In this document: positions 38,931 through 48,559 of the stretch, in pieces
Numbering within the stretch: position 1 is the first letter of the stretch
Layout: each line of letters opens with the position of its first letter
DNA from: Flavobacteriales bacterium
GTDB lineage: Bacteria > Bacteroidota > Bacteroidia > Flavobacteriales_F > PHOS-HE28
Direction: 5' to 3'
NCBI GenBank assembly: GCA_016710685.1
Contig: JADJVC010000002.1
Location: forward strand, 701,031-765,030
DNA: 64,000 nucleotides
Notes under the pieces: model-generated
What the model was told of the DNA's origin: nothing
What the model saw: the letters and a program-made list of their open reading frames with translations, nothing else
The model's database searches: none
Program-made: the position numbers and the translations under genes

Positions 38931-39004
38931 CGGTCCGGACGGGACTCGAACCCGCGACCTCCGCCGTGACAGGGCGGCATTCTAACCAGCTGAACTACCG
39001 AACC
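38931..39004 (-). tRNA. tRNA-Asp (anticodon GTC)
   Basis: Complement reads GGTTCGGTAGTTCAGCTGGTTAGAATGCCGCCCTGTCACGGCGGAGGTCGCGGGTTCGAGTCCCGTCCGGACCG. D-loop AGCTGGTTAGA. Anticodon loop CTGTCAC. T-loop GGTTCGAGTCC. 7-bp acceptor stem. Confidence 0.85.
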
Positions 39005-39150
39005 GTTTTGCTTCAACTTTCGCCGAAGCGGCTGCAAATGTAATCCGTTCGGTGGATCCCGCAAGCTGTGGTTTTTCGGAAGCTGGAAAATGAAGTGGCA
39101 CGAGTGCGCTACATCAGCCTGAGTCCCCCGTCTACCCTGACAACTGACAA

Positions 39151-40080
39151 CTAATACAGTCGGCTCCGCTTAATCAAAAATTGCAACAGCACATTTTCAA
39201 ACCCCGCATTGATGTCCGCCTCCACCAGCTCAATGCGGTATTGGCCGCATTTCAACTTCAGCTCGTGCCAAAAGGCGTTCATGGCGGTTTTGTAGGCGGT
39301 GCGCACTTCGGCGGCGTGGGCCTTCACTTGTTCGCCGCTTTCCAGGTCCACGAAGGTGTACGGGCGGTCTTCCAAAGCGAGTTCCAGCTCGTGCTTGCGG
39401 TCCACCACGTGGAAGAGGATCACATCATGCTTGTTGTAGCGCAGGTGCTGCATGGCGTCGAAAAGCTCCTCACGGCGGGCGCTGTTGTCCATCATGTCGC
39501 TGAAGAGCACCACGAGCGAGCGGCGGTGGGTGCGGCGGGCAATGTCGTGCAGGGCTTCCACCGCGCTGGTGCCTTGCTCGCGTGCGGGTGCTTCAGTGCT
39601 TAGCAGGCCGTCCAACTGGGCCATGAGGTGGCGCAGGTGTACGGCATTGCTGCGGGCCTGTTCCGTAAGCAGCACGTGGTCGGAGAAAACAGTGAGCCCC
39701 ACGGCATCGCGCTGTTTGCGCAGCAGCGCTATCAACGCAGCGCTGGCGTAGGTGGCGAATTCAATTTTATTGAACTGCTTCGGTGCTTTTTCCGAAGTGG
39801 CCGGGTAGTACATGCTGCTGCTGGCATCGATCACCAATTGGCAACGCAGGTTCGTTTCTTCCTCGTAGCGTTTCACGAACAGCTTGTCGGTGCGCGCGAA
39901 GAGCTTCCAATCAATATGGCGCGTGCTTTCGCCGGGATTGTAAGCGCGGTGCTCCGCAAATTCCACACTGAAGCCATGGAACGGGCTTTTGTGCAGGCCG
40001 GCAAGAAATCCTTCCACCACTTGGCGGGCATGGAATTCCAACTGGCTAAGGGCTTGAATATGGTGTTGGTCTATCGGCAT
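39151..40080 (-). CDS. DUF58 (vWA-fold) protein, solitary
   Basis: 309 aa. GESTRHIDWKLFARTDKLFVKRYEEE and LVIDASSSM (MIDAS-like) are typical of DUF58 proteins that normally pair with MoxR ATPases. No MoxR gene nearby. Confidence 0.75.
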   Translation of the reverse strand: MPIDQHHIQALSQLEFHARQVVEGFLAGLHKSPFHGFSVEFAEHRAYNPGESTRHIDWKLFARTDKLFVKRYEEETNLRCQLVIDASSSMYYPATSEKAPKQFNKIEFATYASAALIALLRKQRDAVGLTVFSDHVLLTEQARSNAVHLRHLMAQLDGLLSTEAPAREQGTSAVEALHDIARRTHRRSLVVLFSDMMDNSARREELFDAMQHLRYNKHDVILFHVVDRKHELELALEDRPYTFVDLESGEQVKAHAAEVRTAYKTAMNAFWHELKLKCGQYRIELVEADINAGFENVLLQFLIKRSRLY

Positions 40081-40108
40081 CGAAGGGGCAAAGGTCGGGT
40101 ATGTGGTT

Positions 40109-40186
40109 GAAGCTGCAAGCCTTTAGCCACAAGCCACAAGCTTGGTCGAGCTTGTGGCTTGAAGCTTGCAACTTGGGGCTTGAACA
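40109..40186. repeat. Intergenic palindrome built from CCACAAG/AAGCTTG units
   Basis: gccacaagccacaagcttgg-tcga-gcttgtggcttgaagcttgcaacttgg, between DUF58 (-) and a small ORF (+). Confidence 0.5.
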
Positions 40187-40230
40187 AGTCTGATGCATCT
40201 ACCTTCGTTCCTCACCAAAATGCTTATACC

Positions 40231-40470
40231 ATGTCGAATCAACGTTTTCCTCAAGTACGCTTGACCCATCCCAAAGGCCCCTCGGATCACGTGGATTCCG
40301 GTGCCGGCCTGGACTTTTATCTGGACAATGATACCGTGGTCCGCGTAGGTCTCCTTGAACGGCCGGAACACGGCGATTGGGTAGTGCAGGTGGAAGGCGC
40401 GAACGGCACGTCGATCACCGTGGAACCTGGTGAGGGCAAGGCTTTTGTGGCGGGGAGAGCAAGGGAGTGA
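40231..40470 (+). CDS. Small hypothetical protein
   Basis: 79 aa from MSNQRFPQV…. The track ORF starts at 40159. No family recognised. Confidence 0.3.
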   Translation: MSNQRFPQVRLTHPKGPSDHVDSGAGLDFYLDNDTVVRVGLLERPEHGDWVVQVEGANGTSITVEPGEGKAFVAGRARE

Positions 40471-40545
40471 AGGAAAAACCCAGAAGCAGCGAATGGAAAC
40501 TGACCAACGTCCATTGATTACATTCGAGAACCCAAACCTGCGGAA

Positions 40546-42066
40546 ATGAGATTATTCATACTCCCACTGCTATTTGTTTTTTCCTTCACGGCCAATGCCC
40601 AGAATTGGGATTTGTTCCCATTGAATCAGAAGTCGGTTTACGTGGATAGCACGCAAGCCTTGCTTAGCACAGAGCAGCATGTGGTGGATTCCATTCGAAT
40701 TTCTGGTAATGTTCGCACCCTTTACTTTGACCAAGAGAGCAGCAGTGGTTCCGCTTACGGCTGTGAAGGAATAACCGGCGTTCCGCAACAGTGGGCTTTT
40801 AATTCCTATATCATCGATTCGTTGGTCGAAGTTTCGGATACTGTCTATTTTCAATCCACCTTCAGCACAACGCCCTTCTACTTTCTCCCTCAAGCATCAG
40901 TAGGCCAAAGCTGGTCGGTGATTTCATCGTCATTCGCTAATGGATATAACACCATTACGATAACATGCGCAATGGCTGGTGTACAAACTTTCTTGGGACT
41001 TACGGACAGCGTCAAGGTCTTTTCGCTACTGCCCAACGGCAACTCTCCGGGGCAACTACCCATAAGTAATCAGCATATTGTGCTGAGTAAGAATTATGGC
41101 CTGCTATCCTATGTGCCTTTTGATCAATTCATGTACCACCCGGCAAATTCGCAATTCCAGACAAGGGAACTGGTCGGGTTGCAAATTGGAGCCATTACGG
41201 CAGGATATCAGCGGCCTGTAGTTTCCGGCTATTTCCATTTAAGTCCAGGAGATTTGCGCAGTTGGGAATTGCATTTTATGCCAGCTTGGATCATCGAACC
41301 TGAAACGCTGGAATACATGAAGGACAGCATTACAGGGGCTGTAAGCACGAGCGACTCTGTGGTTTACACGTTTGACCGAACGTTCTATCATTATGACCAG
41401 TCGGTTTCGTTCCATGAAGGGTTAACCGAGCGCTATTGGTTGCCCGATTTAAAAGCGATGCTTGAAGCGCCGGGCTATGGGATTGCAATCGGGGCTGGCT
41501 TGCAGTATAATAGCTTTGGCATTTTCGAACCGGTTTATGGGCAACCTTTGGTTTGGACTGCGACTCCACATGAATGGATATACGAGCCATTACTCGAAGC
41601 AACGGTGGAGCATCTTTCCCTTTATTATTCGGGCTCATTTTTAGATACAGCACAATGCCAGTTTCTCGAAGCGTCTGATCTCGCTGCTCAGGTTGACGTG
41701 GATAATTGGGCCGGGGTAACGCGCAAATACTTGTACAATATCAACGAAACTACCCAAACGCTCCTCGGCTTTCGTATCAACGGAATAGTAAAGGGCTTGT
41801 TAACCGTCGGAGTCAATCAAGCCCGAATAATCAATCGCACAGCCCTCACGATCCAACCCAATCCCGCCAAGGAAAGCATCACCCTCCAAGGCATACCGCA
41901 CGGCACAACCGGCCTTTTCACCGTATACGACGGCCTTGGCCGGGAGGTCATGAGCGGTTCGCTTGCCACTTCCCCGGTTTCCGTTGGAGGACTCCAACCC
42001 GGCCTTTATGTGGTGCAGTTGCGGTTGCAGGACAGAACGACAACGGCGCGCTTCGTGAAGGAGTGA
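40546..42066 (+). CDS. Secreted hypothetical protein with T9SS C-terminal sorting domain
   Basis: Signal peptide MRLFILPLLFVFSFTANAQ. C-terminus …LQPGLYVVQLRLQDRTTTARFVKE is the por_Cterm pattern. Lower GC. Confidence 0.6.
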   Translation: MRLFILPLLFVFSFTANAQNWDLFPLNQKSVYVDSTQALLSTEQHVVDSIRISGNVRTLYFDQESSSGSAYGCEGITGVPQQWAFNSYIIDSLVEVSDTVYFQSTFSTTPFYFLPQASVGQSWSVISSSFANGYNTITITCAMAGVQTFLGLTDSVKVFSLLPNGNSPGQLPISNQHIVLSKNYGLLSYVPFDQFMYHPANSQFQTRELVGLQIGAITAGYQRPVVSGYFHLSPGDLRSWELHFMPAWIIEPETLEYMKDSITGAVSTSDSVVYTFDRTFYHYDQSVSFHEGLTERYWLPDLKAMLEAPGYGIAIGAGLQYNSFGIFEPVYGQPLVWTATPHEWIYEPLLEATVEHLSLYYSGSFLDTAQCQFLEASDLAAQVDVDNWAGVTRKYLYNINETTQTLLGFRINGIVKGLLTVGVNQARIINRTALTIQPNPAKESITLQGIPHGTTGLFTVYDGLGREVMSGSLATSPVSVGGLQPGLYVVQLRLQDRTTTARFVKE

Positions 42067-42067
42067 A

Positions 42068-42197
42068 GTCAGTTGTCCGTTGTTAGTTGTCAGTTCTCAG
42101 GCGTTGCAGCGCCAAGGCGCTCTGGTGGCAGCGTACATTGCATCGTCCCGTCGGGGCGGCATTTAGTGCAGCCTGACAACTAACAACTGAAAACTAA
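42068..42197. repeat. Long inverted repeat with GTTGTCA-heptamer arms between convergent genes. The right arm overlaps the uvrA stop.
   Basis: gtcagttgtccgttgttagttgtcagtt (42068..42095) …GC-rich core… cctgacaactaacaactgaaaactaac (42171..42197). Confidence 0.6.
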
Positions 42198-45154
42198 CCA
42201 AGAACCGCTTTCAAATAATGCGCGGTATGGCCAATGCCACTGGCCACCAACCCGTCCGGAGTGCCTTCAAATACGATAGAACCACCGGCATCACCGGCTT
42301 CGGGACCAAGGTCGAGCAGGTGGTCCGCGCAGGTGATCACTTCCAAGTTGTGTTCGATCACCAGCACGCTGTGGCCATTGTCTATCAAGGCGTTCAGGGC
42401 TTTCAGCAACTTGGCGATGTCATGGAAATGCAGGCCCGTGGTTGGTTCGTCGAAGATGAAAAGCGTGGGCTTTTCATCGCTGCCTTTTATTAGGAATGAA
42501 GCCAGCTTGATACGTTGCGCTTCGCCGCCGGAAAGCGTGCTGCTGCTTTGGCCAAGCTTCACATAGCCTAAGCCGGTTTCCTGCAAGGGCAGCAGCTTGT
42601 CCGCGATGCGCTTTACGGCGTTGTGCTTTTCCTTGTGCTGGTTGAAGAAGAGCAGGGCATCATCCACCGTCATGTCCAGCAGGTCCGCAACGTCCTTGCC
42701 TTGGAATTTCACTTCCAAAATTTCTTCCTTGAAGCGTGTTCCGTGGCAGACTTCGCAGACCAAATTGATGTCCGCCATGAACTGCATTTCGATATGCACT
42801 TCGCCTTCGCCTTGGCACACTTCGCAGCGTCCGCCGTCCACGTTGAAGCTGAAGTATGCGGGCCTGTAACCGCGCATCTTGGCGGCTTCTTGCTCGCTGT
42901 ACAATTGGCGGATGTCGTCCCACGCTTTCACGTAAGTCACAGGATTGCTGCGCGAAGAACGGCCGATAGGATTTTGGTCGATCATCTCCACGGCTTTTAT
43001 GCGGTGCAGATCGCCGGTAAGTTCCTTGAATTCGCCGGGCCGTTCGCCACCGCCGCCTTCCAGCTCGCGGCGCAGGGCAGGGTAGAGGATGCGCTTAACC
43101 AACGTGGTTTTACCGCTGCCGCTTACGCCGGTCACCACGGTCAGCATGTGCAGCGGGAAAGCCGCGTCGATGTTTTTCAAATTGTTCTCGCAAGCGCCCT
43201 TTACGTTAATGCGGTCGCGCACCGGGCGGCGGCGGTCAGGTCGTTTGATCTGCTCGCGGCCGGTGAGGTACTTGGCCGTGAGGCTGTCGCTCTCCATCAA
43301 CTGGTCGTGCGTTCCGCTGAACACCACTTCGCCGCCGTGCGTGCCTGCTTCCGGGCCCATGTCGATGATGTGGTCCGCAGCGCGCATCACCTCTTCATCG
43401 TGCTCCACCACGATCACGGTATTGCCGAGATCACGCAGTTGCTTCAACACTTCGATCAAGCGGTGCGTATCGCGCGGATGCAGGCCAATGCTGGGTTCGT
43501 CCAGAATGTACATGCTGCCCACCAAGCTGCTGCCGAGCGAGGTGGCCAAGTCGATGCGTTGCGTTTCGCCTCCGCTGAGCGTGTTGCTACGGCGGTCCAA
43601 GGTCAAGTAACCCACGCCCACTTCGTCGAGATAGCGCAAGCGATTGGTGATCTCTTTCACTAAGCGTTCGGCCACCTTGGCATCGTTGCCGGGCAACTTC
43701 AGCGCTTTGAAAAACGCCAAGCATTTGGTGATGGGCAGGCGTGCCAGCTCGGTGATGTCCGTGCCCGCCACCTTTACATGCAGCGCTTCCGGACGCAGGC
43801 GCGAGCCGTGGCACAGTGTGCAGGTGGTTTTTCCGCGGTAGCGGCTGGCCAACACACGGTATTGGATCTTGTAGCTCTTTTGCTCACAGTACTGGAAGAA
43901 GGCATCGATGCCGTGCAGGCCGCGCGTGCCATTCCACAACAACCGCCGCTGTGCCTCGGAAAGTTCGCGGTATGGGCGGTGGATCGGGAAGTCACGATCG
44001 CCGAGGTCGCGGATGAAATCGCGTTTCCATTCGCTCAGTTTTTCGCCGCGCCATGGAGCAACGCAATCGTCGTAAAGCGAAAGCGATTTGTCGGGGATCA
44101 CCAAGTCGGGGTCCACGCCAAGAATGCTGCCGTGGCCTTCGCAACGCGGGCAAGCACCCACGGGATCGTTGAAGCTGAAAAGCTTGGGACTGGGTTCCTC
44201 GAAGGTGATACCGTCCAGTTCGAAACGGTCGCTGAACCGCATTTCCTTCGGCTTTCCCTTGGCGTCCGTGCCCAACAGCACGCAGGCGCCTTGGCCCTCG
44301 AAGAACGCGGCTTCGGCACTGTCTGCGATGCGGCCCTCCGATTCGTCTTCGCCAGAGAGCACGGTAATGCGGTCCAACACGATGCTCCACGGTCCGTCGC
44401 TGAGGTTTTTCGCGATCAACAGGTCTTCAATCCGCACAACATCACTGCCATCGTGAACGCGCGCAAAGCCTTGCTGTTGCAGCACGTCCAAGTGTTCGCG
44501 CAAGCTGCGACCTTCAGGCAAATGCACCGGCGCCATTAATAGCACGGTGCTGTCCTTCGGGAAGGAGTTTGCGCCCGCCACCACGTCTTCTATGGTGTCA
44601 CGCTTCACTTCGCGGCCACTTTCGGGGCTGAAGGTGTGGCCCGCGCGGGCGAAGAGCAGTTTGAGGTGGTCGTACACTTCGGTGCTGGTACCCACGGTGC
44701 TGCGCGGGTTGCTCGTCATCACCTTCTGTTCAATGGCAATGGCAGGGCTGATGCCGGTAATGCGGTCCACATCGGGCTTTTCCAAGCGGCCCAGAAACTG
44801 GCGCGCGTAGCTGCTAAGGCTCACCACGTAGCGGCGTTGGCCCTCAGCATAGAGCGTATCGAAGGCCAACGAGCTTTTGCCGCTTCCGCTAAGGCCGGTG
44901 ATCACCACCAGTTTGCCGCGCGGAATGTTCACCGTGATGTTCTTCAGGTTGTGGACGCGCGCGCCCTGCACGCTGATAAAGGCTTGTTTGATCACAGGCT
45001 TGGGGACGGAAGCCAGGTCCGGCACAGCGGCTTTGGGCTGCGGCGGTGCCTTGGCCTTCTTTTCTTGGGAACGGGAATGGGGTCGGGGCTTTTCACGGGG
45101 CCGCGAATTTACGGAGCATGGTCCAGTATCGAAGAGATCCCGTATATTTGGCAT
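42194..45154 (-). CDS. uvrA: Excinuclease ABC subunit A, with a basic/Pro-rich extension of about 55 aa before the first ABC module
   Basis: Two ABC ATPase modules, two zinc fingers (CPRCEGHG…, CEVCQGEGE…). The conserved core starts at …[13 protein letters not shown]. The track ORF extends further to 45214. Confidence 0.93.
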   Translation of the reverse strand: MPNIRDLFDTGPCSVNSRPREKPRPHSRSQEKKAKAPPQPKAAVPDLASVPKPVIKQAFISVQGARVHNLKNITVNIPRGKLVVITGLSGSGKSSLAFDTLYAEGQRRYVVSLSSYARQFLGRLEKPDVDRITGISPAIAIEQKVMTSNPRSTVGTSTEVYDHLKLLFARAGHTFSPESGREVKRDTIEDVVAGANSFPKDSTVLLMAPVHLPEGRSLREHLDVLQQQGFARVHDGSDVVRIEDLLIAKNLSDGPWSIVLDRITVLSGEDESEGRIADSAEAAFFEGQGACVLLGTDAKGKPKEMRFSDRFELDGITFEEPSPKLFSFNDPVGACPRCEGHGSILGVDPDLVIPDKSLSLYDDCVAPWRGEKLSEWKRDFIRDLGDRDFPIHRPYRELSEAQRRLLWNGTRGLHGIDAFFQYCEQKSYKIQYRVLASRYRGKTTCTLCHGSRLRPEALHVKVAGTDITELARLPITKCLAFFKALKLPGNDAKVAERLVKEITNRLRYLDEVGVGYLTLDRRSNTLSGGETQRIDLATSLGSSLVGSMYILDEPSIGLHPRDTHRLIEVLKQLRDLGNTVIVVEHDEEVMRAADHIIDMGPEAGTHGGEVVFSGTHDQLMESDSLTAKYLTGREQIKRPDRRRPVRDRINVKGACENNLKNIDAAFPLHMLTVVTGVSGSGKTTLVKRILYPALRRELEGGGGERPGEFKELTGDLHRIKAVEMIDQNPIGRSSRSNPVTYVKAWDDIRQLYSEQEAAKMRGYRPAYFSFNVDGGRCEVCQGEGEVHIEMQFMADINLVCEVCHGTRFKEEILEVKFQGKDVADLLDMTVDDALLFFNQHKEKHNAVKRIADKLLPLQETGLGYVKLGQSSSTLSGGEAQRIKLASFLIKGSDEKPTLFIFDEPTTGLHFHDIAKLLKALNALIDNGHSVLVIEHNLEVITCADHLLDLGPEAGDAGGSIVFEGTPDGLVASGIGHTAHYLKAVLG

Positions 45155-45349
45155 AGTAGGACGTTCCGGGAACGACATTTGCAACAGGCCGAACAATAAT
45201 TCAGCAACAGGCAACGTTTAGCCCGTACCCAGCGTCTACTTATCTGCAAAGGCGAACTTTCGCCGCCCCACAAACTAAACAGGACAACCTATAGCAAGAC
45301 CTCTACTCCGAAGTCCCCTGAACCCTCTTCGGGCAAAAACAGTAAGGTC

Positions 45350-45961
45350 ATGTTGTCCACCCCATCGGGTCCTGCGAAATCAGGTACTCCCACAGATGTC
45401 GAGCTCGTTCGCCGCTATTGCGGTGGCGAAGAATATGCCTTCGAGCTGCTGCTCATGCGGCATAAGCGCAAAGTGTGGTCCCACATCTTCCTTATGGTGC
45501 GTGATCGCGAGGTAACAGAAGATCTTTTCCAGGAAGCCTTCATCAAAGTGGTACACCACTTGAAGGCCGGCAAGTACAATGAGGAAGGGAAATTCCTGCC
45601 TTGGGTTATGCGCATTGCGCACAACTTGGTCATCGACCATTTCCGCCGGTTGAAAAAGATGCCGATGAGCCGCAGCACCGACGAATACGACGTATTCGCC
45701 ACGCACGCCCAATCGGAAAAGAACGTGGAAGAACGCATCGTGAACGCCCAGATCGACGAGGACGTGCGGAAGCTCATCGACCAATTGCCACCGGAACAAA
45801 AAGAGGTAGTGGTGATGCGGACTTACTTGGACATGAGCTTCAAGGAGATCGCCGAACACACGGACGTAAGCATCAACACGGCTTTGGGCCGGATGCGTTA
45901 CGCCCTCATCAACATGCGCAGACTGATCAAGCAACACAAGATGGTGCTTGAACGGGCCTGA
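45350..45961 (+). CDS. ECF-type RNA polymerase sigma-70 factor
   Basis: Region 2 (LFQEAFIKVVHHL…LPWVMRIAHNLVIDHFRR). Region 4 HTH (EVVVMRTYLDMSFKEIAEHTDVSINTALGRMRYA). Confidence 0.85.
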   Translation: MLSTPSGPAKSGTPTDVELVRRYCGGEEYAFELLLMRHKRKVWSHIFLMVRDREVTEDLFQEAFIKVVHHLKAGKYNEEGKFLPWVMRIAHNLVIDHFRRLKKMPMSRSTDEYDVFATHAQSEKNVEERIVNAQIDEDVRKLIDQLPPEQKEVVVMRTYLDMSFKEIAEHTDVSINTALGRMRYALINMRRLIKQHKMVLERA

Positions 45962-45980
45962 TCCCTACGCGTGAGGGATC
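45960..45980 (+). terminator. Perfect 7-bp hairpin (gatccct-acgcgtg-agggatc) overlapping the sigma stop codon. No U-tract.
   Basis: Stem-loop seen directly in sequence. Followed by further GC hairpins (cgcgc-ttgca-gcgcg; ccccggc-gaag-gccgggg). Confidence 0.4.
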
Positions 45981-46273
45981 CCGCCCCAGGAACGTCGGCC
46001 CGTAAGCCGGCGTTCGTGTTTTATACAATTGCCGGTCCGCGCTTGCAGCGCGAGCCTCTGTCACCCCGGCGAAGGCCGGGGTCGCACTCGACGGCGGTGC
46101 AGCAGGACTTTCTTAAGCGTGACCATCCTCAGCACGCGGCTCGGCATCCGCAATTGTCCGATGACCCGAGATGAGCTGAGCTACGCAGGTCTAATCACCA
46201 ATCACCCCTCGCCAATCACCCAGTCCCCACAATAACCCCTTTCGCCCGGCGTTTATCCACAAAACCACAACGC

Positions 46274-46435
46274 ATGGCACACGCTACTCTTCGGAAAGCA
46301 AGTCGTAAACGGATGGAAATGCCCGCCCAGCAGGGCCCCAGGGAGGCGACGATAAAGTCCATCCTCAGCTACAGCAAGGCCTTAAAGGTCGTAACAGTCC
46401 CGCCAGTAGGGCAGGTGGACATTGTATTGAACTGA
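46274..46435 (+). CDS. Candidate 53-aa basic small protein
   Basis: ATG…TGA gives MAHATLRKASRKRMEMPAQQGPREATIKSILSYSKALKVVTVPPVGQVDIVLN. Below the track's 60-aa cutoff. Preceded by AATCACC x3 repeats. Confidence 0.3.
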   Translation: MAHATLRKASRKRMEMPAQQGPREATIKSILSYSKALKVVTVPPVGQVDIVLN

Positions 46436-46520
46436 CGGAACACGGAATTTATGGGATCGGGGCTCCAGCAATGGTGCCCCGTTCTTGTTTCCCCATGTTC
46501 CGGTCCTGCTGTATGGTGAA

Positions 46521-47156
46521 TCACCGAAACATGGCCTTCCTCCCAATTTCCTTGCAAATGGGGCACTTAAGCGGGTCATGCCGCTGCGCTGTACAATACT
46601 CCCGGCCGAAGTAGATGATCTGCAGGTGAAACACGTTCCAAGTGTCTTCCGGGAATAAACGTTTCAGGTCCGCTTCAGTCTGCTCCACGTTCTTGCCGGT
46701 GCTCAATCCCCAGCGCCTGGCGAGGCGGTGTATGTGCGTGTCCACCGGGAAGGCAGGCACGCCGAAGGCTTGTGACATCACCACACTGGCGGTCTTATGG
46801 CCGACGCTGGGCAAGGCTTCCAGCTCCGCGAAGGTGTTCGGTACTTGTCCACCGTGTTTCTCCAAAATGATCTCCGAAAGCCCATGGATCCCCTTGCTCT
46901 TCGCCGGTGAAAGTCCGCAAGGTTTGATGATCTCGCGGATTTCCTCCACTTCCAGTGCCGCCATCTGCTTTGGGTTGCGGGCTTTGGCGAACAACACCGG
47001 TGTTATCTCATTCACCTTTTTATCGGTGCATTGGGCACTCAGCACCACGGCAACCAACAGGGTGTACGGGTCCACGTGGTCCAGCGGTATCGCTGGCTGC
47101 GGATATAGCTTTTTCAATGTTTTCGCCACGAAGGCAGCTTTTTCTTTCTTGGTCAT
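46521..47156 (-). CDS. nth: Endonuclease III (DNA glycosylase/AP lyase, [4Fe-4S])
   Basis: HhH-GPD motif (LPSVGHKTASVVM). Catalytic K/D. C-terminal Cys cluster CTAQRHDPLKCPIC. Confidence 0.9.
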   Translation of the reverse strand: MTKKEKAAFVAKTLKKLYPQPAIPLDHVDPYTLLVAVVLSAQCTDKKVNEITPVLFAKARNPKQMAALEVEEIREIIKPCGLSPAKSKGIHGLSEIILEKHGGQVPNTFAELEALPSVGHKTASVVMSQAFGVPAFPVDTHIHRLARRWGLSTGKNVEQTEADLKRLFPEDTWNVFHLQIIYFGREYCTAQRHDPLKCPICKEIGRKAMFR

Positions 47157-47288
47157 GGGTGCACACAAAGGTGCGGTTGGAATGTAGGTCCATCAATCCG
47201 CCTCACTGTAAAACAGTTGTAACGGGGAGAATTTGCCGGACTTGAATCGAATTTTACCGTTCAGGGGCGATCATCAGATCGTAGCGCC

Positions 47289-47624
47289 TCACAGCTCTTC
47301 CAAAACGGATTTCCCGCTCGACCCATCTCCTGAAGTCCAGCGCCAGGTTTCGTGAAGCCGGATCTTACCATTGGGCATTACTTCAGGTTTTGAGGTACAG
47401 ACACCCGTCATAAGTTCCCCTCTCAGGTTGACCTGGTGGTAGCGCATTTCAATAAGGCCATTTTTGTCCACCAATCCGATCAAGTGTCCTTTGCTAATCT
47501 GGCCTCCCTGATATTCAGAGGTTAAAATGTTGCCACTTTGTTTATAGGCGAAAACGGTCTCGGCTGTCGTTTCACCATTATCGGTGTTCTCAACCGGCCT
47601 GAATAGTTTGTTGTTGTAGTCCAT
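47289..47624 (-). CDS. Hypothetical protein, lower GC
   Basis: 111 aa ORF. No confident family assignment. Confidence 0.4.
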   Translation of the reverse strand: MDYNNKLFRPVENTDNGETTAETVFAYKQSGNILTSEYQGGQISKGHLIGLVDKNGLIEMRYHQVNLRGELMTGVCTSKPEVMPNGKIRLHETWRWTSGDGSSGKSVLEEL

Positions 47625-47871
47625 TCACTTCACGACCTTATTTCTTAATCCTCACGTAGTGTCTTTAACCCACTCGCAGGGTCTTCGCCAATAAATGTGC
47701 GCTCCAGCAAGCATGACCCTGCGACCGCATGGACCCAGGCCGACCGGGTCCCGGTACCCTCGCTGCGCTCTTTTCCACCCTCGCACCCCTAGTCAATTCG
47801 GCTCCCCTACCTTGTTGGCCCTTCTCCTGACAGGGCACTTCCGTACTCGAACGTGCCTGTCGTCAGTGGCT

Positions 47872-48258
47872 CAATGGCACAACGGCCACGCCTTCCATTT
47901 TTAGTTCAGCAACAAGCGCTTCAAGGTCTGCCACGCGGTAGTTGACCATAAAGTCCTTGCTGGAAGGCTCGAAGTACTTGGTATCTTCGGCAAACGGCCT
48001 CATTGGGTTTGCCCTTTCTTGGTACTGTCCGCGCCTTCAAACCATTCGAAGGTGGCCCCGTAGTCGTTGGTGTTCAATCCGAGGTGGGTTTTGTACCACG
48101 TGGCCAGGGACCTTAAGCGCAACACTCGAAGAAGATGCACCGATGCCTGTTGCCTCCTTCATCCCCCTTTTGGGTTGTTCAGTGGTGGCTGCTTTGAATG
48201 CGAAGCCGAGGCTGAAGGTGGCTGCGAAGGCTATGGGCAAAATTAGTGGGCTTTTCAT
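47872..48258 (-). pseudogene. Frameshifted VOC/glyoxalase-family gene fragments behind an N-terminal signal-peptide ORF
   Basis: Three minus-strand frames carry consecutive VOC-like segments: …VHLLRVLRLRSLATWYKTHLGLNTNDYGATFEWFEGAD…, then …MRPFAEDTKYFEPSSKDFMVNYRVADLEALVAELKMEGVAVV…. The listed 73-aa ORF carries only the signal peptide. Confidence 0.35.
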
Positions 48259-48316
48259 GGGTTTCTAATTAAAAGGATAACTAGCGGACTACCAAGGATG
48301 GGTCACAGTGCGTCCG

Positions 48317-48553
48317 TCAAGTGCAGGGGGCATGTATTGTTGCAAGGCATTGAAGGCCAGTTAGGTGTGAATCCGGCTTCGATATGATCCTTGGTAATGC
48401 GCGGTGGCTTCTTAGGGTGTATAATGGGCTTAAGGTCCGTCCAAATGTGCGAGGCGAATCGTGGGCGTAAATCTCAGTTGTCCTTGTGCTGGCATGGCCA
48501 AGGTAACTCTTGGAAGCATCGCCTACCACACAAACATTAGCAGCGAACTGCAC
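48317..48553 (-). pseudogene. C-terminal remnant of a tyrosine recombinase/integrase (box II motif only)
   Basis: …VGDASKSYLGHASTRTTEIYAHDSP… matches LGHxxxxTTxxYxH with the catalytic Tyr. Motif at 48461..48502. An in-frame stop lies 2 codons upstream of the fragment, and there is no N-terminal or catalytic RHR region. Confidence 0.5.
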
Positions 48554-48559
48554 CTCCGG

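Noticed and set aside
46029-46235. Anti-sigma factor gene downstream of the ECF sigma
   Set aside because: The only ORFs here (67-68 aa, Arg/Pro-rich) lack a TM helix or zinc-binding anti-sigma motif and lie over stacked GC hairpins. They are most likely non-coding.
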